A DNA stretch of 63,137 nucleotides, the filler included, from Octopus bimaculoides (lineage: Eukaryota), in the NCBI RefSeq assembly GCF_001194135.2. It is 7 parts of 7 records of this genome, joined end to end, with 100 filler letters (N's around TTAATTAATTAA, not from the genome) between each part and the next. Parts side by side here need not be neighbours in the genome. Positions count along the whole stretch, not along the records: positions 1 to 3,283 come from NC_068986.1; positions 3,384 to 13,391 come from NC_068983.1; 5 more parts are not named here. One strand, written 5' to 3'. Position numbers and translations under genes: made by a program. The notes beneath the pieces are model-generated. The model had not been told where the DNA came from. It worked only from the letters and a program-made list of their open reading frames with translations, and made no database searches. Below are positions 1-11,640 of the stretch, one piece after another. Numbering within the stretch: position 1 is the stretch's first letter; every line of letters begins with the position of its first letter.

Positions 1-3
1 TAT

Positions 4-39
<36 letters not shown>

Positions 40-1285
40 ACATACAGATATACAAACATACGTATATGTGTGTGTGCGTATATGCGTGATTGTGTGTGTA
101 TGTGTGGGTCATAGCGTATGTGTAATTGCCACTCTATGCCTGGATGTGACTGTGTAGGTGTTTGTGTGTCTATATGCTTGTGTGTATGTATGTGAGTGTG
201 CATGCATTTACGGTCCTATACACTGGTAACTGAAGCGAACGAATCATGCATTAAATATATCGCATAGAGCGTGCACTCAAACCTTGTTAGTTTTTCTTTT
301 TACTTAAACATATGAAGTCTCTTTGATTGTTACCCTAAATATATAATGTATTAATATATTAGCACGAAACATTTTTCCTTTCTCTCTCTCTGTATATGTG
401 TGTGTGTGTGTGCGTGTACGGCTTGTATTTAAATGTATGGCAGAGGTTTTGGTAGCGTTTAACGTTTCAATTTCTCATAGAGAAAAAACAGCGGAAACAG
501 CACTGTGAATGAGAATGAGTGAGGTGCTTACATCCTGAGTATATTTTTCTTTGGTTTCCTCGTTTGCTTGTATTATTCTAGCTGTTACGCAAGCGATCAA
601 CTGGCAGAACCGTTGGTACGACAGAAAAATGCTTAGCTACATGCAGTCTCTCTTCAAGTTCTAAGTACAAATTCCACCAAGGTGAATATTTCCCCCTTTC
701 CTTACAGGCACCTGGCCCTGTTCTAAAATTTGAAACTATTATTCACTTGCGGAATGCTGTTATGTGAAATAATATTAAAGAAGGAAAAATATAATTCGCA
801 TGCCAGATCTTAGGTGGGGAAAAGGTGGAGGATCCTTCTCGAGTCATATAAATTAATGGGGCCGTTCTCCCGTTTTCCGTGGCGTATATGTTTTCGCTGG
901 ACGGGACGGCGATCTAACGCAGGATTATTCATTTTTTTGCCATCTGAAAGGACTGTAGTAACATGAGCTGAGCATGCAGCATTTGATAACATAATCATGG
1001 AAGCATGCAACATATAAAAAATGCGTCATCCCGTCCAGGAATTGAAACTGCAAACATACAGTCACGAGTCCAGCACCCTAACCACTACTCCACGCGCCTC
1101 CGCCATCAGAGAAGAAGGGAGCAGATATTAGTCGTTGCAATATCAATAGCAATAAGGCTAATTATTTCATGGGCACATAATCTCGGTCTCTCTGATAAGG
1201 ATAGATCTTATTGAATTGAACATCAGCTGAAATATCTAGCACATGTAATGTCCACACGGGGAATCATTCTTTGCGCAACTGCGAG

Positions 1286-1341
1286 TCAGCTCCGACAGAC
1301 GGCTACAGAAGGTAAATTGTTATAATGAAGATTTGGAATTA
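1286..1341 (-). CDS. Terminal coding exon 9, (V)IPNLHYNNLPSVAVCRS*
   Basis: Acceptor tttattttcgtgcag|, phase 1, TGA at 1286-1288. No clear polyA signal seen downstream. Confidence 0.5.
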
Positions 1342-1719
1342 CTGCACGAAAATAAATTAAGTTAAACTCTAATCACAAGCTGAGAGAATATGATTCAAGA
1401 TTCAGTCACCAACGAACGTATTTTATATGAATATCATTTCCTACTACTCATAATTTATGTATTGCATCATAAAATATTGTGCAATTTTAATAAAAGCAAA
1501 TTATTCAAATCAATCTAACAATAATTGAGCTATTATATTGCTGATTGCTTTTTATAAACTAAACACGCTGAATACACTGTACAACTAATATTGGAGCGGA
1601 GCTGAGTATAAATTCTCTGATAGCCGTCCCACAAACATTGAAACTCCAGCCCGGTTAGAATTCATTGCTTCTATTTCTGCACATCAAAATCAGAGATCTA
1701 GCAATTTAGGTTCGATCGA

Positions 1720-2275
1720 CAAGCCTACGAAACTTTAAGGTACATGAGCGGGACCAGGAGGGAAGGATAGGTTGGGGAAGATGTGCGAGGTGGAGGTGTC
1801 GGACTGGAATCGACGGAATACTCGAAGAATGGTGCGTTGGTAGGGCAGGATGGAGAGGTGGTAGGTGAGTGGAAACGGGAGACGGGGCGGATGCGGAGTG
1901 AGAGAGCAGAGGCAGCGTCCATGGAAGTGCCCTGGCAAGGGCTCTGTATAGAGAGATTAGGGGATATCCACGAAGAATGAAGTGGCGAGCCATAAGTTGA
2001 GACTCTGTCTCAAAGTCATGGTTGTCACTGCAGAGCCTGCGCAGACGGAGAAATTGGGAATAGGGGATGGAGGGCTTGGTATGACTAGGGTGGGAAGAGA
2101 AGTTACGGTGGGAGTGTGAGTCGGTGTGTTTGTAGAGGATGGAGGAAGTAAGAGCAGAGTAGTATATGATGATAGTAATGTCGACAAAAGAGATTGGAGT
2201 GTTGGAAATATTCCCGAAGAATACGAGGACAGGATCGAAGGAATGGACAAAAGAGCAAGAAGTCTAATATACATA
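1720..2275 (-). mobile_element. Penelope-like element remnant (RT C-terminus/linker, Neptune-type)
   Basis: Frame-shifted translation: SFDPVLVF..ISNTPISFVDI..YKHTDSH..SHPSHTKPSIPYSQFLRLRRLCS..FILRGYP..PLTYH..FQSDTSTSHIFP. Confidence 0.8.
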
Positions 2276-2878
2276 TACAAGCATATATATATAAATATAT
2301 ATATATATATGTATANNNNNNNNNNNNNNNNNNNNNNNNNNNNNNNNNNNNNNNNNNNNNNNNNNNNNNNNNNNNNNNNNNNNNNNNNNNNNNNNNNNNN
2401 NNNNNNNNNNNNNNNNNNNNNNNNNNNTATATATATATATATATTGTGCTTCTTTCCCTACAAAATCCATCATCGGCTCGAGGATGGAGTAGATATGTGT
2501 TGCTCAAGTTACCATGCAGTGGAACTGAACCTAGAACCATGTGGCTGTGACTATATGTACAAAGATAGAATGTGCGCTAGTATGTAGTGCGTGTGAGTGT
2601 GCGTACTTGCCTGTGTGTGTGTAAATGTTTTTTGTTGTGCGCGCCCCTGTATGCGAGTGTTAGTAGTGAGATAGAGTTGTGAGAAAAACGAGACGATGAA
2701 AAAGATACAAACGAATGAGCGAATGGTCACACGTAACATTTACAATACAAAACGAGGCATTAAACACAATAGTAAGAACAATATTTTTGATTATGTTAGC
2801 GTCAACAATAACAGTCATACTTAGAAAACTACGATAAATGAAGCGTGAATCCATTATACTAAATAAACATATACTTAC

Positions 2879-2974
2879 CAGCACTTAATAATTCCATTGC
2901 GTTACGTGGATCTTTTGGTTTTTGATATTCACCTTTGTTATCCAACACTGTATAGTCTATAAGCCTCCTTTGTT
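2879..2974 (-). CDS. Coding exon 8, cytoplasmic (E)QRRLIDYTVLDNKGEYQKPKDPRNAMELLSA
   Basis: Acceptor attattgcgtag|, consensus donor GCTG|gtaagt, phase 1-1, 96 nt open frame. The stop-transfer RR lies just after the TM. Confidence 0.65.
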
Positions 2975-3248
2975 CTACGCAATAATTATATTGCTATCAA
3001 ATACTACGCCAAGCGTCATATTCGAAATAAAAATAACTGAGGATGTAATTCATATAAGCAATAGGCTGCATTCTAACGATATCAATGATATTGTAGTATT
3101 ATGAACATAATGTTTAAGTATTAATACATTTACTTACGCAGTAGTTATGCATAAATACATGCTTACATATGTATCTGTGTGTGCGTGTGTCTGTGCGTTT
3201 GTGTGTGTATGTGTGTGTACACCACGTAGTTGTGAATATACTAAATAC

Positions 3249-3283
<35 letters not shown>

Positions 3284-4119
3284 NNNNNNNNNNNNNNNNN
3301 NNNNNNNNNNNNNNNNNNNNNNNNNNNTTAATTAATTAANNNNNNNNNNNNNNNNNNNNNNNNNNNNNNNNNNNNNNNNNNNNTATATATATGTATAGCT
3401 GATAGCCAGAGAAGCACTATTAATACTAAAAGTCAATATACATCTCCCGTTAAAACTGGACTTTGTGTTAAAACACAGAATACTTCATTATTTACGTTGA
3501 GAGGACTTCTGACACGGTCTCGTTTTGAAAGAAACCAATTGTATTTATAATGCTGACAGAAGAGAAACGTCTGCAACGCCCGATATATATTATATATGTG
3601 TGTGTTTGTGTGTGTGTGCGTGCGCATGCGTGCGCGCACACGTGTGTGTACATGTTTGTATATGTGTAGGTACTAACGCGTGGACACGCGGCAGCCTATG
3701 TTGCTAAGTATGTATGAATCTTTACTGCTATAGCTCTATCAATGGTAATTTGCAAGAACTCAGTAATAATTACTTGTGTGATGCACACAATTGCCAAGCT
3801 CTGGCAGCGTGGAGGTGTGAATTCTCAAATTTTCACAAGAAATAAAAATTTCTTGTAATGACACTAATTTGGTACTGTGGACACGCGATTCTTTACAGCG
3901 AAGACAGCTATAATCTGAAGGTGATTCATCACGTCTTGTCCGTTGGTCGTTCATTACACAGAACAACATGTATTTTGCTGTAATGATGTTTTTACCTGAC
4001 CTGAAGTGTTTTTAATCGAAAAATATAAGCCAACTTTATCCATTACGTCTAAATTTCTAGATGCTCGTATCTTCCAATCATCCTGGGTCAATACAGTGAA
4101 TACACCAAATTTCCACGCT

Positions 4120-4670
4120 TCTTTTTTATGGATGTTTGCTTGCTTACCAACCACATGCTTCCGGGTTCATTCCCACTGCGTGGCACCATGGGCAAGTGTC
4201 TTCTACTATAGCCTCGGGCTGACTAAAGCCTTGTGAGTGGATTTAGTTCATGGAAACTGAAAGAAGCCCGTCGTATATATATGTATATATGTATATNNNN
4301 NNNNNNNNNNNNNNNNNNNNNNNNNNNNNNNNNNNNNNNNNNNNNNNNNNNNNNNNNNNNNNNNNNNNNNNNNNNNNNNNNNNNNNNNNNNNNNNNNNNN
4401 NNNNNNNNNNNNNNNNNNNNNNNNNATATGTATGTATGTATATATATACGCGTGTATGTGTGTGTCTGTGTTTGTCCCCCTACCATCGCTTGAAAAACCG
4501 ATGGTAGAGTGCTTATGTCCCCCCGCCACGTAAACTAGCGGTTCAGCAGAAGAAAATGATAGAATAAATACTACGCTTACAACGAATAAGTCCTGGGGTC
4601 GATTTGCTTGACTAAAGGCGGTGCTCCAGCATGGACTCACTCAAATGACTGAAACAAGTAAAAGAGTAAC
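4120..4670 (+). mobile_element. SINE family B with internal microsatellite. Other copies at ~23780-23950, 30895-31265, 35670-35960, 60205-60560 (+) and ~52370-52510, 61780-61935 (-)
   Basis: Shared GCTTGCTTACCAACCAC..GGTTCAGTCCCACTG..GGAAACTGAAAGAAGCCC..ATGACTGAAACAAGTAA. Confidence 0.8.
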
Positions 4671-5198
4671 AGAGAGTAAAAGAGCAGAGCGACGAAAAAC
4701 AAATTGGCTGATCAAAGAATGGTCACTGCGAACATTAATTCCAGATGAGTTTGAACAAAAATTCATGGAAAACTGAGCATAGACATTGATGTAGAAATTC
4801 TAAGGCTGTTTAATAGTTATGGAGAAGAATAATAAGAGACTATTCTAGTCTACATGAAAAATCAATTTTTATGTACATTATGGCTTGTTCCTTATAAGCT
4901 GGTTTATAGAAAACAACAATGAAATTCTACTGATGCAGTATCTTAAAAAAATTTACGTGATGGTAATAAATGGATGTCATTTTCAGATTATGTGGCGTGA
5001 GGAGGTGGAGAAAGATCTCTGTTTCGGGGCCCAATTTTCTGACAACTGAGAAATAATTTTTCTTCTTGGCTTGTGTTATTATTGTGCATACTACACTAAG
5101 GAATACTTTACATTTGTACTGAGTTGCGTAATTTTTTGCTTCTGGTGACTCAGTGCATATATATATTATATGATATATTATATTGTATATATATAGAC

Positions 5199-5249
<51 letters not shown>

Positions 5250-6405
5250 AACACACACACACATATATATATGTATATATATACATATATACACACACAC
5301 TCGCACACACATACACACGCACGCACACATGCACGCACACACTCATATAATTACTGCATCAATGTATTCACCTCTTTCCTTAATATTCATAACAGCATCA
5401 GCCAATCACAGAATCTTGGTAACAATTGTAAAGATAAAACCGCTAGTATTATGAATGCACCTATGAAAAGTCTCTTACAAATGAATTCCTGGAACCTGTA
5501 ATTGTTGTTTTTTCAAATCATCACCGGAAGTACAGATGGCAGATGTATATACATATGTATATATATATATATNNNNNNNNNNNNNNNNNNNNNNNNNNNN
5601 NNNNNNNNNNNNNNNNNNNNNNNNNNNNNNNNNNNNNNNNNTATATATACACATACATACATACATATATGCATGTATGCATGCTTGATTGTGTGTGTGT
5701 GTGTGTGTGTGTATGTATGCATGTATGTATGTGTGTGTGTATGTAAATTGTAGCACAGAAAAATGGAGGAAACGACGAATGTCAATAGGATGTCAATAGT
5801 GGCTATATTAGATTGACATTCAGTGAAATTTATGATGTAAATTAGGAGTAGAAATGACGTTTCGAGCATGGCTCTTCATTGGCTAGAGCAAACATTCTGT
5901 GAATAGGAAAATGTGGAAGGGGTTGATTGTCCGGAATAAAGCATTTGTGTAGTTACATGGCGACATTATGTATTCATACATATACATAAGTACACACACA
6001 ACAGCAAACAAGTGATCATGCACAGACTACTTCCAAGCAGGCTGAAAGTGAAGGCGAAGGCCAAAGGAAAGAAACCGTGCCATTTCCAGCTAAAACTGAT
6101 CGCATCTGCAGCAAAAATGCGAATCACACCTTAATGGAAATCAGCGATCAAGGATCGTGAATCGCAAGAATATTTGATAGCATTTATTGCAAACTGAAAA
6201 CTCCTGCATCGGGTTACTGATATAAGGTATCCCATATGGATGTATGAATCCGAAAAACAAACTTTCAAGCCTTCTCTCACGTAGGGGCGTACTGAAATCG
6301 TAGTGAAATATACTCCTGTCATTTGTGTACCTTCAAAAGTTCCCTTCAACACTTCAGCATCTCAACATCTGAATCTGAATCCATAGCGACGTCTGGTACT
6401 GCTAC

Positions 6406-6457
6406 CATAACAAATGCTGAATGCAATAGCTGAAGCGATTAATACTACCGTTGGGAC
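6406..6457 (-). CDS. Coding exon 7, TM helix VPTVVLIASAIAFSICY
   Basis: Acceptor ttgaatatgtttccag|, donor TATG|gtagca, phase 0 to 1. Hydrophobic and followed by basic residues whether spliced or read through. Confidence 0.6.
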
Positions 6458-7030
6458 CTGGAAACATATTCAAAGTTAAAAAGTATATTGTACACGTCTA
6501 CAGACAGGGCAGTTGCTACTTTCCGGGACAATAGTTTGGTGGTAAATTTTGTTAAGCAATTAAATGTATCTGTTTTTATTGTACAAACAACAATCTGAGC
6601 AAACATTAACATCTTCTTACCATAACGTTAGGTAAGTGAATTGCCTTCACTTGCAAACGGCTTATCTCCACAAGGGAAATGTTGACAGTGGAGTGGTTAA
6701 TTAGTGGAGGCTAGAGAGATTACTGTCAGCCAATTGAATCACTGATGCGGCTATGAAATTGATAAATATTTTCAAGCCATAGAGAAAGCTCCTGAAATGC
6801 GTAAATAAAAAAGGTTAATCTCCCAAATGTCACTCCGATAATGAAAACCAAGACTTGATGACGCTGGCTTAGTCAGCTGGGCAAAAGGATTCTCATACTG
6901 AAAAATGTACGAAGAACAACTAAGAAGATAAAACTCAGATCAAGCACGAGATAATTCTTGCAAAATCTCTATTTCTCTCAATTTCACCCTCACTCTTTTT
7001 GTCTATTTGCATATCTGTATATCTCTCTCC

Positions 7031-7092
<62 letters not shown>

Positions 7093-7142
7093 TTCTGTAT
7101 ATATATGTGTGTGTGTGTGCGTGTGCGCGCTTATATATATAT

Positions 7143-7945
7143 ATCAAGAACTCTGACGAATTCATCAAAAGACTGTACCAATTACCCATAAACCAACTCA
7201 GCCAAACCAGATATGCCTTTAGTCTTGACGTTGTCTCAATGTACACAACGGTGCCAGCACACTCGGCGCTCAACCTATTGACTGACTGCATAATAGCGGC
7301 CAACATCCAATACTTCGGACTTACCGCAGCTGATACACATCAACTTTTGTACATCATCGTGGACAACACCTACTTCTCTTTCCACGACCATATATACAAA
7401 CAGACAACAGATCGCCCCATGGGTTCCAGTCTCTCGGGCCTACTAGCCATCACTTATATGAACCATCTGGAACGTCGAGCACTCAACATCTGCCGCACAT
7501 GCGCCTTCTTCACCAGGTACGTAGATGACATCCTCATACTCACAACCACCCGTGAAGAGGCTGACAGAATATTCACGACGTTCAATAACATGGACATGAA
7601 CATAAAGTTCATTATAGAACATCCCGATATCACTGGATCACTATCATTACTTGACTTCAAACTGAATATAACGGAAGAAGGATAGATCCACAATGAGTTC
7701 TACAGGAAAGCAGTCAGTAGAGATATGTTTGTCCAATACAATTCAGCACTTCCACTCGGTGCCAAAATAGGATAAGCCAGAAATGAACTTGCACACATCC
7801 AGGGCAAGTGTAGCAGAATAGAGGACAAGGTGACCCACACTACACGCTTCTTAGATATATTGAAAACCAACGGATATACTAGATCCATTGTAAATCGGCT
7901 TAAGTACCTAAGACGACCAACATGACGAACACATAGAAAACCCAG
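7143..7945 (+). mobile_element. Penelope-like reverse transcriptase fragment
   Basis: IKNSDEFI..SLDVVSMYTTVP..YKQTTDRPMGSSLS..RYVDD..LDF..YRK; stop at 7683-7685 and further stops downstream. Confidence 0.9.
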
Positions 7946-8050
7946 CACTGGGGTCGATGTAATCGACTTACTCTCTTTGTCTGTCCTTATGCGTCCCCTC
8001 TATGTTTCGCCCCCTGTGGGCAATAAAGAAATAAATATATATGTTGTAGA

Positions 8051-8270
8051 AGGCGGTGAGCTGGCAGAATCTTTACCACAGCGGGCGAAATGCTTAGCGG
8101 TATTTCGTCTGTCTTTACGTTCTGAACTGAAATTCCGCCGAGGTCAATGTTGCCTTTTATCCTTTCGGGGGTCGATAAATTAAGTACCAGTTGCGTACTG
8201 GAGTCGATCTTATCGTCTGGTCCCCGACCCCACTCAAATTTCGGGCCTTATACCTAGAGTAGAAAATAAT
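8051..8270 (+). mobile_element. SINE family A (AAGGCGGCGAGCTGGCAGAA head). Other + copies at ~560-690, 9490-9695, 11380-11470, 19266-19420
   Basis: Multiple dispersed ~220-bp copies with tRNA-like A/B boxes (e.g. GAGTTCAAATTCC in the 9490 and 11380 copies). Confidence 0.8.
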
Positions 8271-8760
8271 ATATGCTATATTGTAGCGTAACTACAATAT
8301 AACTAGAATGTACTCATGTTCGTTAATAGTACATCTGTGACTATTGGGAGACTTGCGAGGTGGCGTCCTCAAACCGGAGATCTGGCTCGAATCTTTGCAA
8401 CAATGTATACTTTGCTTAAGTTATCCATAATCCAGATCTTATTGTTAAACTGGGTGACAGTGTAGGCCATGCTTTTATTTGAATTAAGAAGCGAAACAGC
8501 TGAAATAAATGCTGAAAAGCATGTGGTTAGATGTTATTACATTTCTGATAATGACCTATGCTGCATCGGTTTGTATTTCTTTATCGAATACGAAATGATA
8601 AAAGGCAAAATTAAGCTCGGAGGATATGAACTTAAAGCGCAGGGAGGTTGAATAAATATTGCCTAGCTTTCTTTCCGACTATTTGATAAAACTGCCAATT
8701 CACTGTCTTTGAGTTGCAGATAGTGTAATAGTTCCAGCATAGGAAAAAAAGAATGTTTAC

Positions 8761-8786
8761 CGTGAAGGCGAAAATGAACAGCACAG
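8761..8786 (-). CDS. Candidate micro-exon 6a (26 nt), (S)VLFIFAFT, first half of TM helix
   Basis: Donor ACG|gtaaac and a weak acceptor attccgacag|. Phase 1 to 0; joined to exon 7 it gives the 25-aa hydrophobic span VLFIFAFTVPTVVLIASAIAFSICY. Confidence 0.45.
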
Positions 8787-10194
8787 CTGTCGGAATTCAC
8801 CATACGCAGTTGCAGATAACCAAATATCTAATGTCAATACCAGATCTGTTTAAGTGACACGCTAGCTATAACATCAATAGAAGTTGCTACAGTAACTCTT
8901 AGCAAGACCATATATAAACTAGTGATCAAAATAGAGTATCAACGTAGTCGTTTGACAAGCTAGAAATAGCAGACAACCCCTTCAGAAGATTTCTTGCCAA
9001 TTTTATGATGTCGATGATATATTTCTGAACAACTTTTCTCAAAGTAATATATAGTTAAATGTGTGGAGGTAAGTAAAAATATGTATATATAATTAAAAAT
9101 TACACTTAGACAAAAAAAGGTAATTTTAATGAGTATTGCCGGTAAAAAAAACAACAAAAAACAGAATTTGAAAAGTAATTATATCAATTTCTGTTGAAGG
9201 TGTATCTATGGAAACCTTGCTTTTTCAGTGGAAATAAAATAATTTTTTTTTCTGTGGGAACATTTCTATCATATGGTTGATGTTACTATTATTGTTGTTG
9301 ACAGTATAATTTAGCTTGTCTGCCAGTTACCTTTATTCACTCTGATTTTATGTAACATGATAATGTTGATTTCATGGAGTATTAAGATATTAATTCTAGC
9401 AAGTCTAATAGTAGGATAAGCACCATATCAATAACTTCCAATGTTTTACTGGTGTTGGAATAATCCAGGATAGATCCGACCAGAATACTATAATTTTGCT
9501 AAACAGAACTCAACAGAATGCTTAGCGATATTTCATTTGTCTTTACGTTCTGAGTTCAAATTCTGCTGAGATCGACTTCACCTTTCGTCCTTTCGAGGTC
9601 TATAAATTAAGTACCAGTTGCGTACTGGGGTCGGTCTAGTCGACTGGCCCCTCCCCAAAAATTTCGGGCCTTGTGCCTTGGGTAGAAAAGAATTAGGATT
9701 ATTTCTTATATGGAAAATTAATACCCTTTATATATATGTGAGTTAGATTTAAAAAAAAAAAATGGAGCTGAGTTTGTCTTCTTGGCATTTGGAAAGAGGA
9801 ATTTTGGGAGTTGTAATTGGAGATATTCCTTGTTATTTCAAAATCTATATATGTTAATGTGTATATGTGCGTATAAATGTGTGTAAGCATGCGTGTGTGT
9901 AGTGAATATTTAAACAAAGAAAAAGAAGGGAGAGAAAAGGAAAAAAACAATGGAGTGTTTTTCTGGGATGGTTAAATTTCTTTATCAATAGCAGCAAATT
10001 CCTTTTAGTTATTGTGTGACTGACTAAACTACTTTGGTCAGTGGTCATGTTATCCAGCTATAAAAAATAGAAGCTACGGAATTGATTCAGAAGGCTTTTA
10101 AATGTGTGTGTGTGCGTTTGTTTATTTTTGTGTGTGTGTGTGTGTGTGTGTGTTGAAGCGTATGCGTGTGAGAGTGCTTGTGTATTGAAGCATA

Positions 10195-10284
<90 letters not shown>

Positions 10285-10449
10285 CGCGCGCGCGTGCGTT
10301 GTGCGTTCTGCATCGGTTTTTAAGTGAATTTCTCCAACTGCTTTAGTAACAATAATAAAAAAAAAAACATTATTAATAATAAATATAATCAGTGGTAATC
10401 TGATTTGGTTTTATCTGGGTTAAGAAATTGTTTTTATAAAAGAATTTCT

Positions 10450-11640
10450 CCTTTTGTATAAATATATGTTTCTCAACATTTAACAGTGGTAGCATATTTT
10501 TTATGAAATGTAGTTCCATTGCATTTAGGTATTTTGGATAATTATTTTTGGCATTTGTAGAAAGCGAAGATCTTGAATCTGCTGTTTCTACATATTTCCA
10601 GATGTTCACTCACAGTAATCTTACGTAATTCAGCTTCTGGTATGTGCTGTGCACGGACTCTTGCACCTTATCAAAGGCAATTGCTGGCTTCGCTAATATA
10701 ATTCTGATTGCAATATGGGCAGATCACGTAGAATATTGAATTCTGTGTCTTACAGTTCATATTTGCATTTATTTGGAAGAAGTATCAACTTCTAAATTTT
10801 ACACAGGAACAAATATCCAAATATTTGAAGTTGTTGTTACTGCATATTCCATATCTATTGCCTCCACAGTCCTTCAGGGAGAATTCTAAATTAAGCACTC
10901 GTGTGCATTTTGCCCTTGTGAGATGTTTTTTTAAGATTTTATTGGTCGACATTTGCTATTCATCTACTAGAGTTTTCATTTCCGCCTTTGAAAAATTATT
11001 GGTAGTTTTGTTTTTGTAGTATCGAATATGATTATCACCACTGGGTCATAATTATTGATAAACGGATGGTATTTTTTCCATTGTTTTCCTATAGGTCCTC
11101 AGTCGTGCGATGTCTAGTTCCATTGCTTTTATATTTCCATTGTTTATTAATTTTAAGGTATAATTCTTTTTTTACGAACACTTTAAGTTCATTAAATCAA
11201 ATTTGACGTATTGCACAAATACGTCTTTCTATACTATATAGAATGTTCCATTTGAAGTGAAAAGGATGGCAAGAGTAAAAGTTCAAATATGTGTCTGTTT
11301 TTTTTTATAATTCGTTACAATAGAGTTACATATTTTACGTTAATGTTTAAGGAATGTAAATTATTATGACTGATTTTTAAGGCAGCGAGCTGGCAAAAAT
11401 GTTCGCATGTCGGGTAAAAAACTTAGCGACATTTCGTCCGTCTTTGCGTCATGAGTTCAAATTCCGTTCCATTTGTTAACTGATATTATATCTTGGAATT
11501 TTAGTCAAAAGTTTTCTCTTCTTACATAGATTTTCTTCTAAATAGTACTTATAACCTTATCAGTATACGAGGGTGGAAAGTTTGTAACCATAGCCATGTC
11601 CATTATTTCTCGATATTTTATACCATCGAAGTTAAATGTG
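10450..11640 (-). mobile_element. Degenerate Penelope-like element (RT part + GIY-YIG endonuclease), interrupted by a SINE at ~11380-11470
   Basis: NTFNFDGIKYREIMDMAM (RT), KNLKKHLTRAK (linker), NMNCKTQNSIFYVICPYCNQNYISE..SEHLEIC..FKIFAFYK (GIY-YIG), with many stops. Confidence 0.75.

Noticed and set aside
1020-1100. tRNA-like sequence (also the heads at 18320, 28320-28395, 56340-56445, 60205)
   Set aside because: A/B boxes are present but continue into SINE bodies with no complete cloverleaf; not called as tRNA genes.
3328-3339. TTAATTAATTAA between N runs, repeated at ~13436, 24013, 45088, 58316 and 62041
   Set aside because: Always flanked by fixed-length N runs and has stops in all six frames. 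It is an assembly gap linker, not biology. It does mean gap sizes there are unknown.
5387-5460. Possible alternative terminal exon (G)AFIILAVLSLQLLPRFCDWLMLL* in phase with exon 7
   Set aside because: Hydrophobic frames arise easily in AT-rich DNA, the acceptor is only moderate, and there is no other support.
4927-5869. Long ORFs rich in YI/HT/VC/ER/LS (also 13180-14703, 20463-21756, 37944-38547, 42411-43673, 52484-53793)
   Set aside because: Translations of microsatellites and N gaps.
8797-8799. In-frame TGA just upstream of micro-exon 6a as possible selenocysteine
   Set aside because: An AG acceptor at 8787-8788 excludes it from the exon, and no SECIS was seen.
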